DNA of 64,000 nt. Source: Eledone cirrhosa (taxonomy: Eukaryota). Every line of letters begins with the position of its first letter. The stretch's first letter is position 1. Below the pieces are notes generated by a model. It was not told the origin of the DNA. It saw only the letters and a list, made by a program, of their open reading frames with translations, and made no database searches. A program made the position numbers and the translations under genes. Positions 12,624-26,358 of the stretch are shown here, piece by piece. The stretch spans positions 113,832,001 through 113,896,000 of the forward strand of contig OZ024740.1 of NCBI GenBank assembly GCA_964016885.1. Direction: 5' to 3'.

Positions 12624-12951
12624 CAACCAATCGATAAAGAAATCAAAAATTGAAGCTGTAAACATAGCAAATCTGTCAGAGAAGATTAATTTTATGATTA
12701 CAAATGGTTTAATTGTGAATGTGATAGTGAATGTAGAACATGACAATAAAAATACTAGCAGCTATTGAATATAACAATTGGGAGAAAAGAGAGAGAGAGA
12801 TATGAGGGTATGTGTGGCAGAAAATGTGAGGGAGACATTTTGGAAGAAAAAGATTAATGATTTAACGTGTTTGACTGATAGACTGAGAAAATCGCAGCAA
12901 TAAAGAGAAGGGCTAGAGGGTAAGAGAGAAGTAAAATGGTAGAGAAATATA

Positions 12952-13130
12952 ATTGTTTCTACTTTAGGCACAAGGCCAGCAATTACCCAGAGTGCATTAC
13001 TGGTACTTTATTTTATCGACCCCGTAAGGATGAAAGGCAAAGTCAACCTCGGATTTGAACTCAGATCGTAAAGGGACGTAACTATGCTAGAAAGCATGCC
13101 GTCCGACCCTCTACCGATACTGCCAATCCA
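12952..13130 (-). mobile_element. tRNA-derived SINE with a Nin/Deu-like central domain
   Basis: Minus strand has a B box (GAGTTCAAATCC), the domain GCCTTTCATCCTTACGGGGTCGATAAAATAAAGTACCAG, and a 3' GGCCTTGTGCCTAAAGTAGAAAC. Relatives occur at ~13750-13792, 13941-13970, 32150 and 32696. Confidence 0.8.
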
Positions 13131-14348
13131 CAAATGGCAGAGAAATATAATGAATATAAAAGATATCGGATATTGAAAAGAAGGTGACATACAGGAGAGG
13201 TATAAAATGGACTCGTGCTGTCAAATACTTTGGCAATAATGAAAGAGAGAAAAGGGTGAGAGGACATACGGTAAACTCGACAACAGTTTGCTAGATACAT
13301 AAAGACACAGACACATTCATATAAAGAAAAAAAATGAGAGAGAAGGAGAGAGAGAGTGAGAGAGGAATCAGACAGAAACGGACGGACAAAGATAAAGGTA
13401 CACATCTATGTGTGTATAATTATCTAGAGTGAGAAAGGGAGAGGGGAGAGAAAGTGAGAGTGAGTGAGGTAGCTAAAAATAAAGGGAAGTAATTGCTATG
13501 AAAATGTGTTATTACTATACATGAGTGTCTAGCATGAGCAGGTATTTAAAATTACATATGGCATAGGATCATGAAAAACAATATAGCAAATGGTAATCAT
13601 TTGAGACTGGGTCACGTGCCTTAAATTAACTAATAAAACATGCGAATCTGGTGATTGCAGGGTGGGTGGTTGGCAGGATCATTACAGCGTAGGAATATAA
13701 TGTTTTGCGGTATCTGTACTTGCTCTTTCGTGGAAATCCTGCCAATATGAACTTTGCTTTTATCCTTCCGAGATGGATAAAATAAAGTACCATTTAGAAT
13801 AGCTATAAAAAATGTTACTAGCTTCTCAATCTTTTTCTTGTTTAGAAAAAGAGGCGCCATTTCTTGTCCACTGATGACATTTATCAATGCAACTCAGTCG
13901 ATTCTAGTAGTATTAGTAGTAGTAGTAGTAGTAGTAGTAGTTTCTAATTTAGGCACAAGGTCAGCAATTTACATGGTGAGGAAAATCGTTTAATCTAATG
14001 TCCCAAAGACTATGATAATTTGCAAAATTTTTTTGAAATATATACCAGTAATATACATAATTTAACATAGTTTAAGCGACCGACGCCTCTTTAAATGTTG
14101 GCTTTTTATCAATATGAAATAATATTTATTAAAGATGACCTTTAAATAACTTTATAATTTCCTGTAAAACGTGATTAATGTCCGTTTTATTTCAAATTTA
14201 TTTAATTTTCCTTATTTGGTCAGTGATAAATAGGATTATGTATTTTATTCGTAAATTATCGATATATTTGACCTCTTTCTTTCACATAATATTAATAGAT
14301 TGAGTTTGGTTTAGTGATACGTAAAGAAGAAGCAGAAAGAGAGTGAAA

Positions 14349-14390
<42 letters not shown>

Positions 14391-14902
14391 TTTGGGAGAG
14401 TCCCGTTGAAATATCTTAAGTTTAATGTTTTAAATTACATCTAATACATTTTGCCGGAGAGAAAGAAGAAACAGAAGGAAAGATAAATTAGATTTCTTGA
14501 AATTATTAGTCAATTGAGAATTTTATTCATACGTGTCAGATTGTATGTATACTCATATGTATAGCCCATTTAGAGATGGGAAATATGGATGATGTCTGAG
14601 ATAGGGAATATGGAGTATGCCTTAGTTCTAATATAGACAGTTAGTTCATTATTAGCTTTGTTTTTACGAATATTTTTTGTTACGTGTTTCAATGATCTTA
14701 ACACTAGAGGTTTTAGTTATTGTTGGCTTTGCTTTCAGAGTGTATTATTTACGTATAGGGTATTCAATAATTACATTACGTTTGATCTAGGTATATATAT
14801 ATACGTTTATATTTATGTATTTGACGGTCCTATCTGCTTATTTGCATATATACGTATGCACGTATGCATACATATATATATATATATATACATATATCGA
14901 TG

Positions 14903-15264
14903 GAGTGTAACATGAAGTTATTGTAGGTTCATCCAGGGTGAGCAATCGATGTTTAGGTTCACGTCAGTGGCAAGGTATAGAGCAAGACAGAGTGTAATAT
15001 AATAATACAAGGACGATTTGTTAAGCCTTCATTACGTTTATTGATTGGTCATGTATATGTCATCCGAAGGTATGGGTATGTTCTTTAGGGAGGAAGTGTT
15101 ATGGAACTTTTCCTTGGTGTTTCAGGTAAGCCTTCGACTAAGGAAGGAGCTAGATAACCGGGGAGTGTTACGTGAAGTTACTGTAGGTTCACCCAGGTGA
15201 GCACTCGATGTTTATGTGCACGTCAAGGGTGAGGTATAGAGCTAGAGAGAGTGTAATATAATAA
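14903..15264. repeat. Pair of diverged ~100-bp direct repeats, ~260 bp apart
   Basis: GAGTGT(A/T)AC(A/G)TGAAGTTA...GAGTGTAATATAATAA at 14903-15005 and 15162-15264. Confidence 0.8.
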
Positions 15265-15914
15265 GTTACCTTACTTCGGCTTGTGCGTCGGAGGAGAACT
15301 TTCTAGTTGCAAAAAACACGATCCCTTCAACGTTTCGAGCCCTTACGCTTCAAAGATATTTCCTAATTTGCCTATTGATCGAATAAAATTAAGGAATATT
15401 CATGTTATTTATACAAATTACTATAGAACATTTTTGGTTCAGGAATACGCCTAGTTGGCCTAATGGGAGCACCGACCCTGACTGTACTGAAATTAACTTA
15501 ACCCTAAATTCGGTGGATGTAGACTGATGAGAAGGGTGTTATAATGCTGACTATAAAATTGCTACAAGAGCATGTAATTGTAGAACATGGCGATTGATAT
15601 TTCCGTTTAAAAAAGTAAAATAATCCGTGCTTTTAATTTACTTTCGGTTCAGAACTAATTTTAATATCTCTCATCACAATTTTATAAGAGATTTGATTTA
15701 ATTTGTCATTACAAAGTTAAATGAAACCCTATAACGATATACTGAAACGAATAAAACAAGTAAAGTGTGGCAATCTGAAGAGATTATTGGAAAATGATTG
15801 TAAAAACAAATAAAGGAATATATGCATAAATAAACAAATTAATGCATAAATAAAATACACCCACACACCCTACACCCACACACACGTGTACACAAACACA
15901 CACACAACCCCCCT

Positions 15915-15949
<35 letters not shown>

Positions 15950-15950
15950 T

Positions 15951-16015
15951 TATAAATACACACATATACACACAAACCCACAAATACACATACACACACA
16001 TATATATATACATTG

Positions 16016-16089
<74 letters not shown>

Positions 16090-16158
16090 ATATCAATGTA
16101 TATATATATGTGTGTGTATGTGTATTTGTGGGTTTGTGTGTATATGTGTGTATTTATA
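15951..16158. repeat. ~200-bp palindrome centred on a (TA)n tract
   Basis: TATAAATACACACATATACACACAAACCCACAAATAC...CATTGA is mirrored by TCAATG...GTATTTGTGGGTTTGTGTGTATATGTGTGTATTTATA. Confidence 0.85.
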
Positions 16159-16787
16159 TATCATTCGTTGTAATCTGGCTCGTTTAATTTTCTCGTAAAC
16201 TATTTTTTGCCCATTCATGCCACTATTCATTTAAAATCATAATTACATTTAATCGAAATGTAATACCTATTAGAAGATATTAAGTGCATAAAATGGAATA
16301 GAGAGAAAAAAAAGCGAAAGATTTGATGAAGTGTAAGGTCGGGAATGAACTCAATTTCACTTAAATGTCTTGAGACAGGCTGCCGCAGCATTAATTAACA
16401 GCGTTGACAAAATATTTGTCTGGACTGGCAATGTTGGCTCCACCAGTCTTGTCTGAAAAATGTCAATAATAATCTATTCACTTATTTGTCACACGAGATC
16501 TTTTATAATATTCATTACAACACCATGTTACAAAGGTGTTACAAGAGGTGTGGGGAATGTAACATCGAGTTATATATAAACGCAGAGGGAAAAGATATAT
16601 CATACAATTATACATTAAAACATATTAAGCATTAGAATGCTCTCAGCAAAGAAGAGTTGAATTGTACATAGAAAATATATCGCCATAACATTTACACACA
16701 AACACACACACATACACATATACACATACATACACACACATACCCCCACCCCCATACACATACACACACACATACACACACACGCAC

Positions 16788-16911
<124 letters not shown>

Positions 16912-16929
16912 ATGTATGTATATACTTAC

Positions 16930-17600
16930 ACAACTGATGAATCAATGTTTGTCGGGTAGACGAGGTATCACCATTGAAACCAGGGTAAAAGTGTACTTGA
17001 CTTTTGTCTCTCCCCTTTGCTTTATGCTTGAGAAATGTTGGTCACATACAGAAAGCACCTCAAGGAACTGGAGAGGTTTCACCAACAATCTCTCCGTAAA
17101 TATCTGGGGTGCGATGGAAAATGTTCGTCAGCGATTTAGAAGATCTCAAACGCAGTAGGTGCATGAATATAGATAGCATGATCTTTCGCAATGGGTTGAA
17201 GTGGTGCGGTCACGTGGTCTGGATGTCTGATGTTCGGATTCCAAAGCAACTTCTCTACGGTGAACTGTGCGAAGGAAGGCGACCACCACACAAACCAAAA
17301 ATGCGGTAGCGGGACTGCATCAGGGGCACGTTGGCTTGCGCTGGAATTTCATTTGACGAATGGAAGAAAATGGCTGTGGAGCGTGTGAAGTGGGGACGTT
17401 TGATCAAGTAACAAAGTGGTCACTTTGAAACTCGTCGAAGGGATACTAAACACTGAAAAGGAAGGTGAGGAAAAAAGAGAATTCTGAACTGCCTGCTGTT
17501 GAGTAACATCTGGTTTGCCAGCACTGTGGTAGAGTCTGCCTGAGCAAAGCTGGTCTGGTGAGACATGAACAATGTCAAATTAGTAGCCCTCATGTAGATT
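16930..17600 (+). mobile_element. RTE LINE 3' fragment
   Basis: [48 protein letters not shown], and a terminal zinc finger CQHCGRVCLSKAGLVRH. Disrupted. Confidence 0.85.
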
Positions 17601-18181
17601 ATGAACAGCATGATCTGAAAAGTGGTAGGGAATGTGGCAATAAATGAGATGTCTTAAAAGGTATATGAGAACGCACAAATGCCAAGAAGCGTTTTGATCG
17701 ACGTTCTAACTATTCTGCCAATCCACTACTCGTTACGTTCGGAACAATAAAACAAATTTATTCCATTTATTTTTCGATCTTTTCTCCAACTATTCTATTT
17801 AGTATAGTTGTACAATTTTTATGTGGACTAAACAGCATTGCGAAGCTGAAACACATCCCGGTAACGTTACTCAGGTGCTTGCTATAGGAGTCTCTAAGGA
17901 GATTGCATGTACGCATTATTAAGCTATAAGCGAAATAATAGTTAGTAGATAGAAAGTTGTCACTTGTGTGGCGGCATGTTTCATTATTACATAGCAGGCA
18001 CCTACTTGAAATGAAATTACAAGACACTGGGGACTTGGAGTGAGTGAGAAAGAAAATTGAGTACGTTCTTCATGAATAATGTTATCTACACCGCTGTATG
18101 TACATATACATTTGATATACACACATTCTGACACGGTCACACTAGTATACACACACATGCACACACGTATGCATACACACG

Positions 18182-18332
<151 letters not shown>

Positions 18333-18376
18333 GTGCGTGTGTGTGTTCGTGGTGTGTAGGGGTATATATATATATA

Positions 18377-18462
<86 letters not shown>

Positions 18463-19519
18463 AGAGAGAGAGAGAGACAGACAGAGAGAGAGAGAAATAT
18501 AAACATTTATGTGTGTATGTGGGTGTGTAGTTATTCACGCATTCACGAATGCAAAACCTTGGACATATCAACTTAAGTCTTTCCATGTGATATAAATACT
18601 ACTGACCCCATTAGTCACTACTCTTCAACCGTATCCATTGGGTTGACTATTTATTGTTTTTATGTTGTATGTGGTGGCTCACTTTCATGCTCCCTTAATG
18701 TTCAGTTTTCTGTATGCTTTGCTAAATAAAAGAGATGCCACCCTCGGTTATCAACCACCAACGGCAAGCACTAAGTACTGTATCCTTTTCTACGACAGCC
18801 CTCTACCTATTTCTGTTATTTTGCACTCCTCTTCTACTGTACTTGCTCCAAAACCTCCACCCACGCATCAGATATCTCCACTAGAAAGAAATGTTTCTGA
18901 CCTCAGAAACCCATACGATTTCTTGGCTGAGTGATGTGAGATGGAATTTTCAATCGCCAATCGAAATCAACTGTCATTACTCCTTCTCGTGTAAGAAAGT
19001 TAGTTGAGTAATTTTTAAGTATTCTCTACGGTCTCTTACCGGCCCTGACAAATCTAACCTTCCTGGCTGTAGCATGAGCGGGCCTGTTGTCTCTGATCCC
19101 CTTGCTGATTGCTTCGGCGTATCTCTCACAGTAATGTGGAGCACTGAACACTAACTTCTCAAGGGCTCCGTCCGAGGTAATGAAAGAGCAAGTTGATATT
19201 TGCATTTTGCCCATAGAAACAGGTTGGGTGCACGGGACAGGATAATATATATTCGCCTTACTCAAGAACTTGATCTTTGTGGGATTACACGTGCAGTTCG
19301 CTTGCCAGGCGATATTTCGAATTGCCACTTATCACGTTGCTTGCCTCTCCACTACCATACATCTACCCGCAGAAGCCTTTAATTGGGTTGATATTGAGTT
19401 ACCATGTCGTCATGTTCTTTGCCATACTCGCAAAAACGGATTTGTGCTTCAGCCATACCTCACCTGCCTTTCAATTATTTCTCCACCTCGCACCAATTAA
19501 AAAAAAAATATATATATGC

Positions 19520-19646
<127 letters not shown>

Positions 19647-19829
19647 TGTGTGTGTGAGCGTGTGTGAGTGTGAGTATTAATATGTTATTTATTCACACAT
19701 ATATTCATAAATCAATGCATACATATATATATGCATGAAAGGTATTATTTATCCGTGTGCTCAAATGCTTGAGTAATGCTGTTGGGTTTATGCATATATC
19801 AAGGCGTTTATATTATATAATATATCTAT

Positions 19830-20270
19830 ACCCTGAGCGCTACTTTATCTGCATGATGTGGAAAATATTCCATCAGCATTGCCCAAATGATATTGGCATC
19901 ACCTTTAAGGTACACCCAAGCCTTGAGCCCCATGCTATCCGCCTACGACAAAAATCTCACTCGCATCTGATAACAACAATACGGCACAATTATTTCACCT
20001 CAATTGACACCGCTCTCTTTAACATTACACCAAGACACATTAAACCCGCAACAGACCCAATAAACTTCAAGAAGTCTTTGGACAAATTCCGTCAACAAAT
20101 TCCGGATAAACCTCCTACACCCGGATATGTCTCCGTAAACAATATCTCTCTACTTCAGTGGGGCATGGTGTCCAAACCCTGATTTGAAAGACTTCGCCAG
20201 GTGGTACTATTAAGTTAGACATGGCCTGGGCCAATACTGGCCGAAATCTATCAAAGTTTTCAAAGTTATA
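19830..20270 (+). mobile_element. CR1-group LINE 3' fragment
   Basis: ERYFICMMWKI...LFNITPRHIK...FKKSLDKF..QIPDKP..PGY...SLLQW C-terminal motifs, then a short 3' UTR with a TCAAAGTT repeat tail. Confidence 0.75.
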
Positions 20271-20595
20271 TCTATGACACTCCTAGTGTAACATATTTAT
20301 GATTGGTATAACGAAATAATAAGTCTGTGAACAAGTGAAAAAATTACAATTTATTATACCAATCACCAAATTTTATGTGCAGAATTCTGAAACGTGTCCG
20401 TTATTCGAATTCTGTTTTCATAGAGTTCTCTGTTTTTCTGGAAATTCCATATTACATTAAGCAGGAATCGAAACACTGTAGTAATGGTAAATCGAAGAGA
20501 GATTATTTTAATATTAATATCTAATACTACCATTAACATAAGAAGAAAGTTTACTATAACTATGTCATCCCCTCTGCATATATATATTATATACC

Positions 20596-20710
<115 letters not shown>

Positions 20711-20738
20711 AAATATATATATATATATACATTTATAC

Positions 20739-20776
<38 letters not shown>

Positions 20777-22829
20777 GTATATATGTATATACACATACAT
20801 AAATATACATTCATACATGTGTCTGTATCTCTGTTTATATATACACACACAAACACACATAAATACATACCCCCTACACACATATGTACCTCGATTTTCA
20901 TATATTTATGAAGACACATCGATGATGATTACCTTCATTAAAGCTATTGTTAAAATTTGGCTTGTAATTATTATATACAAACGAACTTTGAATTAGATAC
21001 GTACGAATATGTATATGGCACACACTGCCATGAATGGGAATGTGCGCCTACTTATCTCAACGTGATGTCCATCGATCCGTTGTAATGTCTTTGAATAGAA
21101 TACAAAGTGAGACTGATTATAGTAATAATCATCGAATTGATTCCTTTTTGACTTGCTCACATTTCATATTCATATATATTGTTTAATGGTTCCTTATTGT
21201 TGGTGTTGTTGTTGGCGGTGATTTTGTTTGGCCTGAAGTCAGATCTCATGAAGTATACCTATGATCAAAAGCATTTCCGCCGCAACCGTTTACAAAAATA
21301 AAATATTCATAATATAATAATGCTTTGATTTGGGAAGCAGCATTTAACTTCTGTTCCAAGCATATCAAGCAAATCCCTAATAGGCTTAACCACTAGATCA
21401 CAGCTTGATCATCATGTTGTGTAATTTGAGCATATTCTATCTAAAATTATACTTATTTTAATTTTCTCCTCCCATCAACCCCCTCCCGCCACGCATTAAC
21501 TAAACCCCGTCCATTCCACTCAACCCTGGGCTTTTCTCTACTTATAATGTCTGTCACTGAACATTTAGCTTTGTCTGATGATCTTGTGAGTATACAGGTG
21601 AAACTCCAGAGTAACAAAGCTCCTTATCGAGCCATAATAAAAACGATACATATATTTATATTGATTCTTTTAAGAGTGGTTGAAATTCTCACTGTAGCAT
21701 GTAAAACAATTCATAAAGGAAACCTTAAGACTGGTCTGACAGAAGACAGGAAGGGGATGATATTTTTGATATTTTTGATGGGGACCTGAGATGGATGATT
21801 GTAACGAGAGTGGTCGTCTCTAAACATACCAAACGGTATTAAACCTGACAAAAATTCAACACATATTGTTTTTTTACATCGCTTCCTTCTATAAAATTAC
21901 AAATAAAAATCATTGACCAACTCGAGACTCTTCTACGATGTACTTGCTCAGGATGTTCAAACCCCGTACCATACAATTTTGAAAATATCTTCATATTTAT
22001 GTCAAATGAATGCTAATGTAGCATCACATCTATCTTAGTATTTAATCGGTAATTGTTAAACGAAGGAAATTCCACGAACTCCATTGAATTGTTAGATATT
22101 GGAATTATATAACAATGTGATGACACATTTATTTCTTATGGAAGAAAGTACATATAAAGTAATATACTGCTGGACTTAATATGTCTGAAGAAAACATTAT
22201 CAATTAGAGGTACATTAGATCATTCATTCATAACCTCAAACAGAACTATTACTGTAAGAGCCATCCATATATTCCACAACATCAGTAATAAAATAAGCAA
22301 CAAGAACTAGAACTTCAACTTTCACAACAATAACATCATAATCACTAGCAAATAGAATTAAACACTATTTTGTCATAATTCCGAATACCTACACATACAC
22401 TCACACGTTCCACCGTCATACTTATCACAATCATCATTTTCATCATCATCATACATATCATCATCCTCATCATCATCATCAACATCATCATTAACATCCT
22501 CATTATTTTTATACTTTCATACTCATCAATATCAAAATCACCACGATCGATAACATCATAATCAACATTATATTCACAGTCACCACATCACAGTCTACAA
22601 TATCATATGCTGCCAAACGTAGAGCTAGTGGTAATATGAATACAAATCAATAAGCAAAGTACATGTATTGAAATAAACCGATCAACCCATCGAGATATTG
22701 ATCAGAACATACGATAACGATGTATGTATTCAAAATTATCTATATGTAATATGTCTAACATTTTTTTCAATTATCATCATTTTACATCTTCAATCTATTT
22801 ATCATTAAAATAAATCAATTTTAACTTCG

Positions 22830-22901
<72 letters not shown>

Positions 22902-23139
22902 TGTATATGTATATACATATATATATACACACACATATATATGTTTTACTTCTTTCTACCCCATTCCTTTTCATACTCTTTCCTGTCTTCATTGCTTTTC
23001 CCGCTTACATTTTTCGATCATAAATGTTCACACTAGTGTTAAGCCTATTAAGAATTTTTGTTTGCTATTTTCTATGTAAGTATATTTGTTTAATTTCTCC
23101 AACTTTACAACATTATAACTTTACATTTGGACTACATAC

Positions 23140-23191
<52 letters not shown>

Positions 23192-23345
23192 TCATCATCA
23201 CCGTTTTACGTCCGTTCTTCCAAGCTAGCATGGGTTAGACGGATATATATATATATATGTGTGTGTGTGTTAATATATCGATAAACATATACATTCACAC
23301 ACACACTCACTAATTTATATGTATATATATATACTTATGAATATA

Positions 23346-23391
<46 letters not shown>

Positions 23392-23392
<1 letters not shown>

Positions 23393-26046
23393 TTTTCTTT
23401 ATTAACCACAAGGGTTTACATAAAGTAGACATTAAGGACAGTACAGGACAATACAGGACGGTACAAATGGGCATTTCTGCGTGTAAAAAACAGAGGAGGA
23501 AATAAAATAACAAAGAAAAATTCCCCAATGGGGGGAGACTTCCGACGGACATTTGTGGAGAAAGCCCATTAAAAGACCACAGTGACCCTGACCACCAGGG
23601 CAAGTGCCCTCACCCAGTTTTCCACCCTTAATTTACAGACACATATTCATTCGGGCCATACTTGCTTCTCTCACCCATCTTTCAACAAAATGCTGGGAAG
23701 AGAGCATTTTCCTCTCTACCCTGATTTTCCTTTTCAAATGAAATTTGAAAAAGTTAATCAGGGCATCACCGAAGAGGTAAGTGCTCGTCTTCAGCCCTTT
23801 CAAACGTGTCCACCATACTATCTCTTTCGCCATGGCCACCAGACAGATAAAAACTGCCTGCCCTTCCCGGCTAAAGGAAGGGGGCGGGGCAATCCTCACG
23901 ATGGACTCAGCTGATAGCTGGATCCGTCCTACACGTGACAGCAGGTGTTCGACATAAACCCACAAGTCAGCAATGCTCGGACACTGGACGAGTGTGTGCA
24001 AGACGGTTTCGTCGCCCTGTGCGCATCTCGGACATGCCCGGCTGACGGCACCTCCATGCCTGTAGAGTTTATCCCGAATTGAGATTCTGTACGATTTCTG
24101 AGTGATGCGAGTGATTTGTATGTGTGGAGGGGGTGTGAACTTTTGGGTTGTTGTGTAGTCTTTTTCTGTGATGCTGGTCTTGTGTTGGATGTAGTGTAAT
24201 AATTGCTTGTTGTTCAAATTTAATGCTGTGTAGTGTGTATCGTTTTGGTTGTTTTGTTTTGTTTGCGTTTGTTGTGGGTTAGTTTGTTTCGCATTTTGGT
24301 GACTTTTGTGGTGTAGGTGATGGTGGTGTTGGGGTTAATTTATTTGTTTCCCTCTGTATTTTGTTTTTGGAGGGGGAAGGAAGAGAATTTTTTCTTTTTT
24401 GGTTTCTTTTTTTTTCCTGATACCGTTTCCCACTCCTCATCGTCACAATCTGTCTCCAGTTGTGATAGGCCGGGGAGTGGAAAATCCTCCACAGGCGTTA
24501 GTTTTGGTTGTGGTGTGGTGGATGGTGTAGGCGCTGGTGCTAGTTCTGAAGCGTTGGGTGGTGGTGGTGTTGGTTTTGCTGGTGGTGGTGGTGTTGGTTT
24601 TGCTACTGTTGCTGGGGTTGTTCCTGTTATGGTTGCTTATGTTGTTGCTGCTACAGTTGTTGCTACCATATCTGCTACTGGTGGTGTTGATGGTTGTGTC
24701 AATGGGGTGGGTAGGAGAGGTGGCCTCAACCTTTTAGCCTGAGGGCAGAAAGCCCTTAGGTGGGTTCCTTCACCACAAACGACACACCTAGGCCTTCTGC
24801 CCTCGACAATTACGGTGAGGTGGCTGCCGTCAGTGAGGTCTATTACCTCTGGGATGTCCTCAATGCTTTTTTGGTCCGCTTGGATCAGGAGCTCCATCCC
24901 AGATCCGGACCAGTTCTCCTGCTTTTCTTTTGCTATTGCCATTATCTTTGTGTTGGCTTCGATGCCGGCGAGGACGGCCGTTATTAGCCAGGGAATTTCG
25001 ATGGCCCGTGGAACATGGGTCACCCTGATCTTTACGAGTCTCTGGCCACAATAGCTTGGGACGAGCGTGAAGTCGTCACTTCTTAATGGGGCCATGGAGT
25101 GTTCTCTAGCCTCCTCTGGTGTTTCAAAGAACACGTCCACGGTTCCATACTTTTTCCCTCGTCTGATGTGGGGTTTTCTTGCCCACACATGTCCCAAAGC
25201 ATTTTGGATTTGGGACTCGGATGCCCGTTCCACTCGGCGTGATTTTACATTTATTGTTCGATACGACACGGTGCATAGGCGCCGATGCTCCATTTTATTA
25301 GGTGGGGGAGGCTGACCCTGTACCCATCTTTCTTTACCATTTGTTTGGCATTTTCTAAATCCTCCTGAGTTACCGTAAATGCTTCGAACTGTTTTGCTAC
25401 TATGGCAAAACTCAGGGTGCTTTTTTTATGTCATTGTTGTTGTTGTTGCTATCGTTATTTTTGTTATTACTAATTTTAGTTTCAGTTGTGGTGGTGGTGA
25501 CGTCAGTGGTTTTCGGTGTGGAAGTGGAAGAGTCCATTTTGGTTGAAATTATTTCGACATCACGAGTTGATTTATTTTTTCCTTTTGTTTCTGTTATCGC
25601 GGTGGTGGTGGGGGTGGTGGTTGTCACGGTGGTGGTGGTGGTGGCGGCTTTAACACCTGCAATCATTGGTAATGGCGGGAAATGAATGTCTGCCTGAGAC
25701 AAATTTAAAATATTGCTACTGCTTACATTTTTTTTAGTGTTGGCAAACGGAGTAACATTTACAATGGTGGTGTCGGTGTGAGGTGTTAATTTGTGAGGAA
25801 GGCTTTCAGCTGCTTGGTGCAGAGGTGAATTAGCCATTTTTTTTCAAAGAAATTTTTTGATAATCATAAAAGTTTAAATTTTGGGCACAAGGCCCCAATC
25901 TTTTTGGGTGTCCTTTTCGGAAAACAATGTATGTGCGCTTATATATAGTTAACAATAAAAATTTTCCATAAATGGCAATGTTTAACAAACGGAAATAACA
26001 AACCTTTGCGGAGCTCACGATGATACGATTTACTACGTAGGTCGCC
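23392..26046 (-). mobile_element. Tx1/L1-clade element 'C': 5' UTR and ORF1 joined to the extreme 3' end of ORF2; APE and RT missing
   Basis: Bounded by (AAT)n on both sides. ORF1 knuckle is CVVCGEGTHLRAFC. At ~24078 it switches into RDKLYRHGGAVSRACPRC. The 3' UTR closely matches family A and ends in AATAAA plus an (ATT)n tail. Confidence 0.9.
23633..25837 (-). pseudogene. Disrupted ORF1 fused in frame to the ORF2 C-terminal CCHC domain
   Basis: ORF-track pieces 25412-25837, 24637-25293 and 23633-24217 are homologous to family A ORF1 and ORF2. Breaks fall at homopolymers and stops. Confidence 0.8.
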
Positions 26047-26081
<35 letters not shown>

Positions 26082-26358
26082 TTTCATTTATTAGCCACCA
26101 GGGCCGACATGTAGGGGACAATACAAAGACAGGGACAGTGGGGTTTACAATTAGGTGGAGTAAAAGTGAAACAATGGCAAGACTAATTTAACAATGAAAA
26201 TATAAAAGTATAAAATAAACTATGCATAAATATATCAAAATAAATTCCCCGATAGGGGGTGTACGACCCTGGGGTGCTTCAGGTACCCCACCAATCCTGA
26301 ACCACCCTGCGCTTCTAGGGCACCCAGGGAGAGCACCCCTCTCCTCAAGTTAGCCAGC

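Noticed and set aside
18660-19500. Non-repetitive, GC-richer stretch with several short ORFs
   Set aside because: No recognisable domain or splice pattern. It may be an old element, but I cannot support a call.
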